Position numbers and translations under genes: made by a program
NCBI GenBank assembly: GCA_034661055.1
Contig: JAYEKO010000003.1
Location: 1-27,534, forward strand
Origin: Campylobacterota bacterium
GTDB lineage: Bacteria; Campylobacterota; Campylobacteria; Campylobacterales; Sulfurimonadaceae
Reading direction: 5' to 3'
DNA length: 27,534 nt
Notes under the pieces: generated by a model
The model's database searches: none
What the model was told of the DNA's origin: nothing
The model's input: only the letters and a program-made list of their open reading frames with translations
Part shown: in pieces, positions 18,557-27,534 of the stretch
How positions within the stretch are numbered: the stretch's first letter is position 1
Layout: each line of letters starts with the position of its first letter

Positions 18557-21500
18557 ATGCAATTTGGACTCAAAAGTAGATTAAGACTAATTAGCCTTGT
18601 GCCTATTATTATCCTTCTAGCTCTAGCTAGTTATCACGTATATAGCTCATATACCAACTTTAAGGGTGCTGAACAACTTCAGATAAAACTCAAAGAGGGA
18701 CGTTATCTTAACGCCTTAATTACCAATATTCCAAGAGAACGTGATATGTCTGCAATGTATCTAGGAAAACCAACCGATAATACTTTAAAGTCATTAAATG
18801 CTCAACGTGCTATTGTCGATACAAAATTTCAAGAGTATCTTCACTATACGCAAAACAGTGAAGCACTTCACGACCATAGCAATGGTGTTTCATCATGTTC
18901 TACATGTAATTCATTAAACAAAAGTAGTGCACTCTTTGCAAAAATAAAAGAGGCTAGAACCTTTGTCGATACTAAAAAAGGTGACTTCACCAAAATCTTT
19001 TATGACTCTTATACACTTGCTATTAAACACCTTATTGATATTATTAGCGATGACCCTTCATTTCACATTGACAAAGAGATTACCTCCTTAGCATCTACCT
19101 ATTTCTCTTTTTTACAATCTAAAGAGTACACAGGTCAGGAGCGTGGGTTTGTGGCTTTCTTACTCTCTAAATCAGACAAGTTCACAGATGAAGAGTTAAA
19201 TACCTGGCTGCAACTCATTGGTAAGGCTGACGCTCTCTCCTACAGTGGGCTCATTAACAATAATGTAAAAACAGAAGTCTCAAACCTTTTAAATAGCGAG
19301 GATAATCTTGAGCTTTTTGAAGACATCACAATTGAGCGTTCATCTATTATTCGTTCACTTGATAGTGATGAGATAGAGAGTGATTCTGGAATTTGGTTTA
19401 GTATTCTTTCTGAAAAAGTCAATCTTATTAATGATGCTGAGCTGATTTTACTTGATGCTATGGACCAACGTGCCAACATTGTAAAAGAGCAGGAGTTACA
19501 AGTTCTTATTGTTGCAATTACCATCTGGATTATCACTTTTTTAATTGCAATAGTAGGGTATGTAGTATCAACCGGTATTACACATAATATTAAGACTCTA
19601 GAATCAGTTCTTAAACGTGTTGCAGAAGATAGTGCTGATGAAGAGTCAAAAAGTATTGCAAGTAATATTAATCTTGATACCACAAAAGGAACCGAACAAG
19701 CTTATATTATCTTAGAAAATATTATTGAGCAGACACGTAGCGATAAAGAGTTTGCAGTTGACGCTAGCGAAGCTAAATCGATGTTCTTGGCAAACATGTC
19801 TCATGAGATTCGTACACCTCTTAACGGTATTGTAGGCTTCACTGAACTTCTAAAAGATACAGATCTTCAAGAAGAGCAAAAAGAGTTTATTGATATTATT
19901 GAAAAGAGTTCTGAAAACCTTCTAGAAATCATTAACAATATCCTTGACCTCTCTAAAATTGAGAGCAACAAACTCGAAATTGAAGCCATTGCATTTGACC
20001 TTACTGATGAATTTGAAAGTGCTGTTGAAGTCTATGGTGTTCGTGCCTCTGAAAAACATATTAATCTTTCATGTTTTATTGATCCAGCTTTAGAGAACCC
20101 AATTAAAGGTGATCCGACAAAAATTAAAGAGGTTATTATTAACCTACTTAGTAATGCTATTAAGTTTACCAATAACAATGGTGACATCAACGTCAATATC
20201 ATTAAAGAACCTTGCAATGAAGCCAACCGTGTTAAAATTAAGTTTGAAGTAAGTGATAGCGGTATTGGAATCGGACCAGAACAAAAAGCTAAGATCTTTG
20301 AGGCATTCTCTCAAGCCGACACCTCCATTACAAGAAAATATGGAGGAACAGGGCTTGGTCTTACTATCTCTAGTCGCTTTGTTGAACTTATGGGAGGTCA
20401 GCTTGATCTTGAAAGTTCACCAAATACAGGAACTTCATTCTTCTTTACGCTAGAGTTTGAAGAGCTTGAGACTCTTGAAGAGAGTTCACAAGGAACGTAC
20501 ACAAATATCAATGTTGCTATTTTGGAATCAACCACCCAAGAGAAACTTCAACATAAACATCTAAAAGAGTACTTACACTATTATGGTGTCAATTTCCAGA
20601 GTTTTACCTCTGCAGAAGAGTTGACAAATTTAAAGACTCAAATACGCTACGATATCCTATTTATTGACTATGACTATACCGATGACGAAGAGCTTAAAAA
20701 CTATGTAAACTCTACTGAGGAAATTGTTCTTATTACCAAGTCATACTATATGAAAACAATCGATATGCTAAACTTGGATATTTTTAAAATCATCTATGAG
20801 CCGCTTAACGGAAGTAAGATTAAAAATATTATTCAATCTTACGACATAGAAGAGTTTACAAGCAAAAAAGAGATTCAAGAAGCACAACGCAAGAGAACAC
20901 AGTCGCGTGCTACAAAATTTAATGCTAACGTACTCGTAGCTGAAGATAATCTTATTAACCAAAAACTGATTCAAAAAACTCTTGAAGACCTTGGCCTAAC
21001 TGTATCGTTAGCTAATAACGGTCTTGAAGCATTTGAAAAGCGTAAAAATAGTGATGTTGATATTATTTTCATGGATATCCAGATGCCAGTTCTTGATGGC
21101 ATTGAATCTACAATGGAAATTTTAGATTTTGAATCTGACAACAATATACCGCACATCCCTATTATTGCACTGACAGCGAATGCTCTTAAAGGTGATAGAG
21201 AACGTTTTATGGATGCGGGTATGGATGAGTACACAACAAAACCACTTGTTCGTGCAGAAATAGTATCTCTACTCAATATGTTCTTGAGCAATAAAGCAGT
21301 AAAAACAGATATGGCAACTGAAACTATCGCTACTGAAGCAAATACAGAAACTATAGCTCTACCTGAAATTCAAGAAGAAACTCTACCTGAACCTACTATA
21401 GACGAGACTCCTGAAGATGAGGCTCCTGAAGTTGTTGAAAAAATTGAATATGCAGCTGATATTCTTATTGCCAAAAAGAGTCTACTAGAAAACAAGCTAT

Positions 21501-21817
21501 TTTGTAAAATATTAGATGACTTAGGATACAGCTATAAGAGTGTATCCACTACTAAAGAGTTAACATCTCTACTGCAAGAGAAAAACTTTAAAATAGCACT
21601 ATTTGACAGAGAGCTTCCAAAGTTAGATCTTAAAGCATTAAGCACTACCATTAAAGATATTAATAGTGATACCTCTTTAGTAATGCTTACAGACCCAACA
21701 ACAATACTCCATGATGATGACATGCTTTATGTCCATGAAGTGATTAAAAATATTATTAACAAAGATCTATTACGTTTAGTCTTTGAAAAATTTATTACTA
21801 AAGAAGAGGCACAATAA
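18557..21817 (+). CDS. Hybrid sensor histidine kinase with periplasmic NIT-like domain and multiple receiver domains
   Basis: Two TMs around NIT-like motifs (RER.MSAMYL, KEYTGQERG), H-box FLANMSHEIRTPLNG, N/G1/F/G2 boxes, canonical receiver (LVAEDN..DIIFMDIQMP..ALTANA..KP) and two atypical receiver-like domains. Confidence 0.92.
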   Translation: MQFGLKSRLRLISLVPIIILLALASYHVYSSYTNFKGAEQLQIKLKEGRYLNALITNIPRERDMSAMYLGKPTDNTLKSLNAQRAIVDTKFQEYLHYTQNSEALHDHSNGVSSCSTCNSLNKSSALFAKIKEARTFVDTKKGDFTKIFYDSYTLAIKHLIDIISDDPSFHIDKEITSLASTYFSFLQSKEYTGQERGFVAFLLSKSDKFTDEELNTWLQLIGKADALSYSGLINNNVKTEVSNLLNSEDNLELFEDITIERSSIIRSLDSDEIESDSGIWFSILSEKVNLINDAELILLDAMDQRANIVKEQELQVLIVAITIWIITFLIAIVGYVVSTGITHNIKTLESVLKRVAEDSADEESKSIASNINLDTTKGTEQAYIILENIIEQTRSDKEFAVDASEAKSMFLANMSHEIRTPLNGIVGFTELLKDTDLQEEQKEFIDIIEKSSENLLEIINNILDLSKIESNKLEIEAIAFDLTDEFESAVEVYGVRASEKHINLSCFIDPALENPIKGDPTKIKEVIINLLSNAIKFTNNNGDINVNIIKEPCNEANRVKIKFEVSDSGIGIGPEQKAKIFEAFSQADTSITRKYGGTGLGLTISSRFVELMGGQLDLESSPNTGTSFFFTLEFEELETLEESSQGTYTNINVAILESTTQEKLQHKHLKEYLHYYGVNFQSFTSAEELTNLKTQIRYDILFIDYDYTDDEELKNYVNSTEEIVLITKSYYMKTIDMLNLDIFKIIYEPLNGSKIKNIIQSYDIEEFTSKKEIQEAQRKRTQSRATKFNANVLVAEDNLINQKLIQKTLEDLGLTVSLANNGLEAFEKRKNSDVDIIFMDIQMPVLDGIESTMEILDFESDNNIPHIPIIALTANALKGDRERFMDAGMDEYTTKPLVRAEIVSLLNMFLSNKAVKTDMATETIATEANTETIALPEIQEETLPEPTIDETPEDEAPEVVEKIEYAADILIAKKSLLENKLFCKILDDLGYSYKSVSTTKELTSLLQEKNFKIALFDRELPKLDLKALSTTIKDINSDTSLVMLTDPTTILHDDDMLYVHEVIKNIINKDLLRLVFEKFITKEEAQ

Positions 21818-22197
21818 TGATAAAAACAAACCTAAGAATATTAGCTGTTGATGATGACCTTATTAATTTAAAACTGCTTAAATCTATGTTAAAAAAATCT
21901 GAACTAATTTCAGATGTAGTTGAGGCTAGAAACGGTGCTGATGCCATTGCCGTTTTAAAGACTCAGTTCGATATTGACATTGTGCTTTTAGATATAATCA
22001 TGCCGGTTATGGGTGGCATTGAGATGCTAAAAGTAATTCGTGCTGATGAAGAGTTACGAGAAATGCCTGTTATTGTTCTCACTACCGATGAAACCAAAAA
22101 AGGTGAAGCACTGGAGTGTGGAGCTAATGATTTTTTAATGAAGCCTATTCGTGAAAAAGATGTAATACAAAAAATTAAACAGTTATCTAATATTTAA
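21817..22197 (+). CDS. Single-domain response regulator (CheY-like)
   Basis: LAVDDD, LLDIIMP, VLTT, FLMKP; start overlaps the kinase stop (TAATG). Confidence 0.92.
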   Translation: MIKTNLRILAVDDDLINLKLLKSMLKKSELISDVVEARNGADAIAVLKTQFDIDIVLLDIIMPVMGGIEMLKVIRADEELREMPVIVLTTDETKKGEALECGANDFLMKPIREKDVIQKIKQLSNI

Positions 22198-22233
22198 GGT
22201 CACCTCTAATAACCCTAAATAGCCTCAGAGAGT

Positions 22234-24657
22234 TTATCTCTGAACTAACATAATCTCTAAAACCTCTTCAATGCGCTTAACACCAATAATTTCTAAGCTA
22301 TCAACTACTTCACTTGGAAGATCGTCTAGGTCGCGTTCATAGTTTTTCAAAGGAATAATAACCTTACTCATCTTCGCTCGATGCGCTGCTATAAGTTTCT
22401 CTTTAAGTCCTCCAATTGGAAGCACATCTCCAGTTAGTGACACTTCACCTGTCATGGCAATGTCAGCATATATTTTTTTATTACTCAATATTGAACTAAT
22501 TGCTGTTGCCATAGCAATACCGGCACTTGGGCCATCTTTAGGAGTTGCTCCGGCAGGGACATGTACATGTAAATCATAACGTTTATATACTTCACTGGCA
22601 TCAACTGTAAGATTGTCCTCTTTCTCTTTGAGTGTTTTAGGAATGATGGTAGCATCTACATCTAACTTACGTTCATCAATGAGTGTCTTAACAACGCTGA
22701 GTGCAATATGAACCGATTCTTTCATAACGTCTCCTAAACTACCAGTGAGCTTAAGTGTTCCTTTACCCCTAATTTTAATAGTCTCAACCTTTAAGACATC
22801 GCCACCAACAGCAGTCCAAGCCAAGCCGTTGACAATACCGAGTTGAGCAATACCATCACTTGTTTCAATCTCAAATACAGTTTTGTCCAAAAAGTCTTTA
22901 ATGTTTTTAAGATTTACACTAATCTTAGAAACAGAAGCATCTTCTAAAATAATCTTCGCAGACTTACGAATAATATCAGCCACACGGCGACGCAAATTTC
23001 GAACCCCTGCCTCTCTAGTATAGCTATTTATTATTTCAGATAGTGCCGCTTTAGTAATGTTTACTTCTCTAGCTTTTAAACCGTGCTTTTTTAGCTCTTG
23101 AGGAATAAGGTAACGTTTTGCTATCTCAAACTTTTCTTGTGGTGTGTATGAACTAATATGGATAAACTCCATTCTATCTCGCAGTGCTATTGGGATTGCT
23201 CCAAACTCATTAGCAGTTGCAATAAAAATAGATTTACTAAGATCAATATTGAAATTTAAGTAGTAATCTCTAAAGTGATTGTTCTGCTCTGGGTCTAATA
23301 TCTCTAATAGAACTGCTGTAGGGTCTCCACGCTGAGTGCGTCCTACTTTATCTATCTCATCTAAAACTACAACAGGGTTCATCTTTTTTGCATCTATTAA
23401 ACCTTGAACAATACGTCCAGGCATTGCACCAATATAGGTACGACGATGTCCTCTAAGTTCATTAACATCCTCAAGTCCACCTAAAGCAATTCGTACTAAA
23501 GGGCGCTTAAGTGCCTTGGCAATAGAGTTTGCCAAAGAGGTCTTTCCAACACCAGGAGGCCCTACAAAACATAAAATAGCACCACTACCATCATGATCTT
23601 TAATGCCACGAAGTTCTAAAAGCTCTTTTACTGAGAAAAACTCTGAAATACGCTCTTTAGGCTTAGTTAGTGAGAAATGATCTTCATCTAATTGTGACTC
23701 TACATCATGAATTTTTAGTGCTTTTTTAGCCAACTCTCCAAATGGAATCTCTAGCACCCACTCCAAATAACTCTGAATCATTCCAGCATCAGCAGAGTCA
23801 GGATGCATTCGTGCATAACGTTCTAACTGCTTATTAGCCTCTTTATAGGCGTCTTCACCCATAGAGTCTTTTTTAGCTTCTAACTTCTCCTTATACTCTT
23901 CAATCTCTTCTTCACGCTGAGTATCGGTTCCAAGTTCACGCTGAATCTGTTTGAGTTGCTCTTTTAAAAAGTACTCTTTATTAACTTTTTCAATTTTAGT
24001 ATGTACTTTAGAGCGAATCTCTTTTTGAAGTTTATTTGCTTCAATCTCTTCAATCAAGTAATCAATAAGCATTAAGAAACGCTCTTCAATATTTGACTCT
24101 ATAAAGAGGGCATATGCCTGATCTTTTTTAAGTTTTACGGTACTACAGATGAGATCGGCAATGCGATTGTGCTCATGATTATCTTCTATAGTTCGCAGTA
24201 AATCAGGTGGAAAATAGTTGCTAATTTGCGAGAGTGTACGTACTTTTTCACGAACAATCTCCAAGATTGCATCCATCTTTAGCTCATTTCCAGCTTTTGG
24301 TTCAATGATGCTCACTACAGCTTGTAAAAGATCACCTTCAACCTCTTGAACCAGACGTCCTCGCGCAAGGCCCTGAAACAAGATCTTAACACGACCATCA
24401 GGAAGTGCGACTTTGCGCATAATAGAACCTACTACACCAGCATCATAGATGCTCTCAAAACTATAGCTCTCTTGAGTCTGTGGTTTTGTTGGACAGACTA
24501 TAATGAGTGAATCATTCTCAATAGCATACGTTGCCGCTGCAATGTCTTTCTCGTCACTTAAAAAAAGCGGTGAAATCATAAAAGGGTATAAAAAAATCTC
24601 CTCTTCCGCAATAATAGGAAGAGTCTGGGGGAAATCCCCATAGTTGGTAAGTTGCAT
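22234..24657 (-). CDS. lon: ATP-dependent Lon protease
   Basis: Lon N domain, Walker A GPPGVGKT, LRGHRRTYIGAMPG, DEIDK, catalytic PKDGPSAG. Confidence 0.98.
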   Translation of the reverse strand: MQLTNYGDFPQTLPIIAEEEIFLYPFMISPLFLSDEKDIAAATYAIENDSLIIVCPTKPQTQESYSFESIYDAGVVGSIMRKVALPDGRVKILFQGLARGRLVQEVEGDLLQAVVSIIEPKAGNELKMDAILEIVREKVRTLSQISNYFPPDLLRTIEDNHEHNRIADLICSTVKLKKDQAYALFIESNIEERFLMLIDYLIEEIEANKLQKEIRSKVHTKIEKVNKEYFLKEQLKQIQRELGTDTQREEEIEEYKEKLEAKKDSMGEDAYKEANKQLERYARMHPDSADAGMIQSYLEWVLEIPFGELAKKALKIHDVESQLDEDHFSLTKPKERISEFFSVKELLELRGIKDHDGSGAILCFVGPPGVGKTSLANSIAKALKRPLVRIALGGLEDVNELRGHRRTYIGAMPGRIVQGLIDAKKMNPVVVLDEIDKVGRTQRGDPTAVLLEILDPEQNNHFRDYYLNFNIDLSKSIFIATANEFGAIPIALRDRMEFIHISSYTPQEKFEIAKRYLIPQELKKHGLKAREVNITKAALSEIINSYTREAGVRNLRRRVADIIRKSAKIILEDASVSKISVNLKNIKDFLDKTVFEIETSDGIAQLGIVNGLAWTAVGGDVLKVETIKIRGKGTLKLTGSLGDVMKESVHIALSVVKTLIDERKLDVDATIIPKTLKEKEDNLTVDASEVYKRYDLHVHVPAGATPKDGPSAGIAMATAISSILSNKKIYADIAMTGEVSLTGDVLPIGGLKEKLIAAHRAKMSKVIIPLKNYERDLDDLPSEVVDSLEIIGVKRIEEVLEIMLVQR

Positions 24658-24691
24658 CTATTAAAATCCTAAATTATAAATTACATGTATA

Positions 24692-25402
24692 TTATTCGTT
24701 GACGTGTCGTGAGACCACACTCTGTGTATCTGGAATCAAAAATGAGTACCAACTGTCATCACCATCACCTTCAAAAATAGAGCGGTACAGTGGAATATCA
24801 GCAGGCTCTATTTTATTCCACTCAATCCACTCTTCTGGTTTTATTGCACGATAATATTCTGCCGCTTTAGGCTTATCTAAACGGTCGTATAGTTTAGCAA
24901 TATTCTCATTTAGTGCTATCTCAGCAATGTAAAGACGTGTGACCATTGTGTCTACAATATTGTAGTACTGAGAGTGTAGATAGTTACGTTTGAAATTCTC
25001 GCCAGTTACAATAGCATCTGCAATAAGTCCTTGGTCTCGCGCAGCATTTGGTAATGCCATATATTTAGCTCGCATTCGTAAATATTCAATATACTCATGC
25101 TCACTCTTTGAAGCATAACGCTTCAGATACTCACTCAAGAAGTGTTCACTTAAAAGATACTCTTCTTTGTACATATGTGCCTGTGCCATAATCATTGCAG
25201 CCTCTTTTAAAAGAGGTGAAGCGATATGTTCACTCTGAAGAGAACTATAATAGTTGTCAGCTTTTTCCAAAGATGAGTTGGAGATAGCTTCTACCATTTT
25301 TTGGTACCAGTAGATTGCTGGCTTGTTGTACTCTGGTTCATCTTTTTGACAGCCGGTCAAAAACATTAGAGCCGTTATAAAAATTACTATCTGTTTGAGC
25401 AT
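24692..25402 (-). CDS. bamD: Outer membrane protein assembly lipoprotein BamD
   Basis: Lipobox FLTGC, YNKPA.YWY, TPR-like helices, next to lon. Start set at ATG 25402 because it gives a proper signal peptide. Confidence 0.85.
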   Translation of the reverse strand: MLKQIVIFITALMFLTGCQKDEPEYNKPAIYWYQKMVEAISNSSLEKADNYYSSLQSEHIASPLLKEAAMIMAQAHMYKEEYLLSEHFLSEYLKRYASKSEHEYIEYLRMRAKYMALPNAARDQGLIADAIVTGENFKRNYLHSQYYNIVDTMVTRLYIAEIALNENIAKLYDRLDKPKAAEYYRAIKPEEWIEWNKIEPADIPLYRSIFEGDGDDSWYSFLIPDTQSVVSRHVNE

Positions 25403-25430
25403 TAATACACCATTGTTTGAAATAAAGTGT

Positions 25431-25463
25431 ATTTTAGCCAAAGAAAATAAAATGTTGTATAAT
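25431..25463. promoter_or_regulatory. Divergent -10 boxes: TAAAAT (minus, 25431-25436, bamD-lon) and TATAAT (plus, 25458-25463, fliW-proC)
   Basis: Each hexamer lies about 30-35 nt upstream of its start codon. Confidence 0.5.
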
Positions 25464-25497
25464 ACTCCCATCTAAAATTAGTTACAGGTATTAAAAT

Positions 25498-25881
25498 ATG
25501 CAATTTACAGTAACACAACCACTACTTGGTTTTGAAAAAATAACACAAATAACTCTTGAAAAAATAGATGAGATATTTATGCGTATTGAGTCTCCGGACT
25601 CCAAAGAGATTACTTTTACGCTAGTCAATCCTTTTGCTCTACGCGAATACTCATTTGATATTCCTAGCGCTATTCAAGAGAAGCTCGAAATTGACGAGAA
25701 GAGCAATGTACTTATTTACAACATTGTCATTATTCAATCACCTATTGAAAACTCTGTCGTAAATTTTATTGCCCCTATTGTTTTTAACACTACAAGCAAA
25801 AAAGCGGGACAGATCATTATTAGTGATGATCCATCACTTAGTATTGCTGAGCCTATTTCAACATTTTTAAAGGCAAAATAA
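25498..25881 (+). CDS. fliW: Flagellar assembly factor FliW (CsrA antagonist)
   Basis: PLLGFE, FTLVNPF.LREYSFDIP, S.VNFIAPIVFN. Confidence 0.9.
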   Translation: MQFTVTQPLLGFEKITQITLEKIDEIFMRIESPDSKEITFTLVNPFALREYSFDIPSAIQEKLEIDEKSNVLIYNIVIIQSPIENSVVNFIAPIVFNTTSKKAGQIIISDDPSLSIAEPISTFLKAK

Positions 25882-26651
25882 TGCGTGAGACAATCACATT
25901 TATTGGCAATGGAAACATGGCGCTCTCTATGGCAATGAGTCTAAAAGAGTCTTATGATATTGAAGTAGCTGGACGAAACAGTGAGAAACTTGATGCTTTT
26001 GAAAAGAATTTAAATATAGCTATTGTTAAAAACAGTATCAATAATTTTGATATTACCAATAAAACTGTCATTCTATGTGTCAAGCCGGCCAATATAGTTG
26101 ATATGAAAACAGTTCTAAAAGGGAAAGCTAAAACACTCTACTCCGTTTTAGCCGGTACTTCACTTGAACTGTTGAAAAAAAACATTAAAGCTACCTCTTA
26201 TGCAAGAGCCATGCCAAACCTTGCAGCAACTGTAGGAAAGTCAATGACAACACTTACAGGTGATTTTACATGTAAAACAGAGACGGAGGAACTCTTCAGT
26301 GCTATTGGATCAACACTATGGTTAGGAAGTGAAAAAGAACTTGACATTGCAACCGCTCTTGCTGGAAGTGGCCCAGCCTATCTAGCACTTGTTGCCGAAG
26401 CCCTCGCTGATGGAGCAGTCAAACAAGGACTTAAACGTGATGATGCCATGACCTTGATGCGTGGACTATTTGACGGTTTTGGGAGTTTAATTCAAAACAC
26501 TCATCCTGCACTACTTAAAGATGATGTAATGAGCCCAGGAGGAACTACTGCCGCTGGCTATGGAGCACTTGAACAACACTCTGTTAGACAAGGGTTTATT
26601 GCGGCCATTGAAAGTGCTTACAGCAGAGCTATACCGAGAGATTCATTATGA
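25881..26651 (+). CDS. proC: Pyrroline-5-carboxylate reductase
   Basis: FIGNGNMA, LCVKP, RAMPN, TALAGSGPAY, VMSPGGTT. Confidence 0.96.
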   Translation: MRETITFIGNGNMALSMAMSLKESYDIEVAGRNSEKLDAFEKNLNIAIVKNSINNFDITNKTVILCVKPANIVDMKTVLKGKAKTLYSVLAGTSLELLKKNIKATSYARAMPNLAATVGKSMTTLTGDFTCKTETEELFSAIGSTLWLGSEKELDIATALAGSGPAYLALVAEALADGAVKQGLKRDDAMTLMRGLFDGFGSLIQNTHPALLKDDVMSPGGTTAAGYGALEQHSVRQGFIAAIESAYSRAIPRDSL

Positions 26652-26974
26652 AAAACTTATATCTATCACCTGACCCATTAAGCATTAGACTCAAAAGTAC
26701 TGATATTACTAGCATAAAAAATGTAGCTCAGAAGATTTACGGGGATGCTCTTGTATGGATTTTTGGTAGTCGTGCTGATAGCAGCAAAAAAGGTGGAGAT
26801 ATAGATATTTTTATTAAAAGTAATCATAACCAAGGATTAAAAGATAAATTAAAATTTATAGGTGCACTTCAAAGGCTTATAGGAGATAGAAAAATTGATC
26901 TAATAGTTCAAACCCCAAACTCAAGACCTAGAGCAATTTTCAAAACTGCTATCGATACAGGGGTTAGATTATGA
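26648..26974 (+). CDS. Minimal nucleotidyltransferase (MntA-like antitoxin)
   Basis: WIFGSRA......GGDID motif and KIDL; 108 aa; upstream of a HEPN gene with ATGA overlap. Confidence 0.88.
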   Translation: MKNLYLSPDPLSIRLKSTDITSIKNVAQKIYGDALVWIFGSRADSSKKGGDIDIFIKSNHNQGLKDKLKFIGALQRLIGDRKIDLIVQTPNSRPRAIFKTAIDTGVRL

Positions 26975-27444
26975 TTTTTGAGACTATTGAAGCAATTAAC
27001 CTACATCGAGTAAGGGCAAAAAATGCCTATGAAGAGATAAAATTATTTAAAGACACTTTACATGTAAAAACATTTCAAGACTTTGAAAAAGTGAAAAGTA
27101 TTGATACGTTCATCTTTAGATTTATTAAAATACAAGATTTAATAGGTGATAAGTTTTTCAAGGACTTTTTAAAACTTGTAGGTAACTATAAAGATTCTAT
27201 GACAATGCTTGATATACTAGATACTTTGGAAAAACTAGAATTTATTGAAAGTGCTTCACAATGGATAGAGTATAGAAATCTAAGAAACACCCTTACCCAT
27301 GAATATCCAGATAACGAGGAAGAGGTGGCAGAGGGAATACTGTTAGCTCTTGAAGCTTTTATTGAAGTTGAAATGATTTTTGATAAAATGACTTTATATC
27401 TAAATAATAAAAATATAGATTTAAATAAAAGAGATTTACAATGA
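26971..27444 (+). CDS. HEPN-domain RNase (HepT-like toxin)
   Basis: D.FIFRFIKIQD.IG and RNTLTHEY (Rx4HxY) motif. Confidence 0.85.
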   Translation: MIFETIEAINLHRVRAKNAYEEIKLFKDTLHVKTFQDFEKVKSIDTFIFRFIKIQDLIGDKFFKDFLKLVGNYKDSMTMLDILDTLEKLEFIESASQWIEYRNLRNTLTHEYPDNEEEVAEGILLALEAFIEVEMIFDKMTLYLNNKNIDLNKRDLQ

Positions 27445-27534
27445 AAACTTTATATTTGACACCTGACATCTTAAATTCAAAATCAGAGATTGTAAAAATC
27501 CTAAAGAGCATTCTAACTTCTCTACCTGAAGTTA
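27441..27534 (+). CDS. N-terminus of a further ORF truncated by the window edge, possibly a second nucleotidyltransferase
   Basis: ATGA overlap with the HEPN stop; MKTLYLTPDILNSKSEIVKILKSILTSLPEV open to the edge. The amphipathic helix ending PEV resembles the segment preceding 'xxLFGS' in MNTs. Confidence 0.55.
   Translation, partial: MKTLYLTPDILNSKSEIVKILKSILTSLPEV

Larger units (their letters stand above)
26637..27467 (+). repeat. Imperfect 38-bp direct repeat (26637-26674 and 27430-27467) bracketing the MNT-HEPN pair
   Basis: AGAGATTCATTATGAAAAACTTATATCTATCACCTGAC versus AGAGATTTACAATGAAAACTTTATATTTGACACCTGAC; 30/38 identical by hand count. Confidence 0.7.

Noticed and set aside
18896..18910. 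c-type heme attachment site in the kinase
   Set aside because: The motif is CSTCN, lacking the His of CxxCH; kept only as a CxxC observation
1177..21723. Short 60-147 aa ORFs in the track that overlap long genes (e.g. 2256-2570, 5911-6273, 14814-14996, 19240-19683, 20971-21291)
   Set aside because: They lie antisense or out of frame within well-supported genes and have no recognisable motifs; treated as shadow ORFs
25403..25471. Longer bamD start at 25471
   Set aside because: It would bury the lipoprotein signal peptide and run through the divergent promoter region
1..27534. CRISPR array, rRNA or prophage genes
   Set aside because: No regularly spaced repeat-spacer units, rRNA-like sequence or phage hallmark proteins seen

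Overview
AT-rich chromosomal window from a Campylobacterota bacterium (Sulfurimonas/Sulfurovum-like, judged from gene order and protein style). It is mostly housekeeping. A long minus-strand run reads: small lipoprotein, nadB, nhaD, guaA, hemD, 6S RNA, purD, RDD, lptD, MCE/mlaD, PRT, pnp, atpE, tRNA-Leu. The plus strand then carries uvrC and an Hpt / NIT hybrid kinase / single-domain receiver phosphorelay. bamD-lon lie on the minus strand and fliW-proC on the plus strand. Both ends look accessory. Left end: a tRNA-Leu(GAG) 5' half broken exactly at the end of its anticodon loop is followed by a divergent complete tRNA-Leu(GAG), an AT-rich spacer and the probable end of an IS with a truncated transposase. 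Right end: an MNT-HEPN toxin-antitoxin pair is coupled to proC, followed by a further ORF starting with almost the same leader peptide, which suggests cassette-like tandem insertion. Other points of note are a 40-aa LptM/YifL-like lipoprotein missed by the ORF track, an MCE protein with a probable C-terminal beta-barrel, a structured atpE leader, and a CxxC/His insert in the periplasmic NIT sensor. All calls come from motif recognition by eye; no searches were run.
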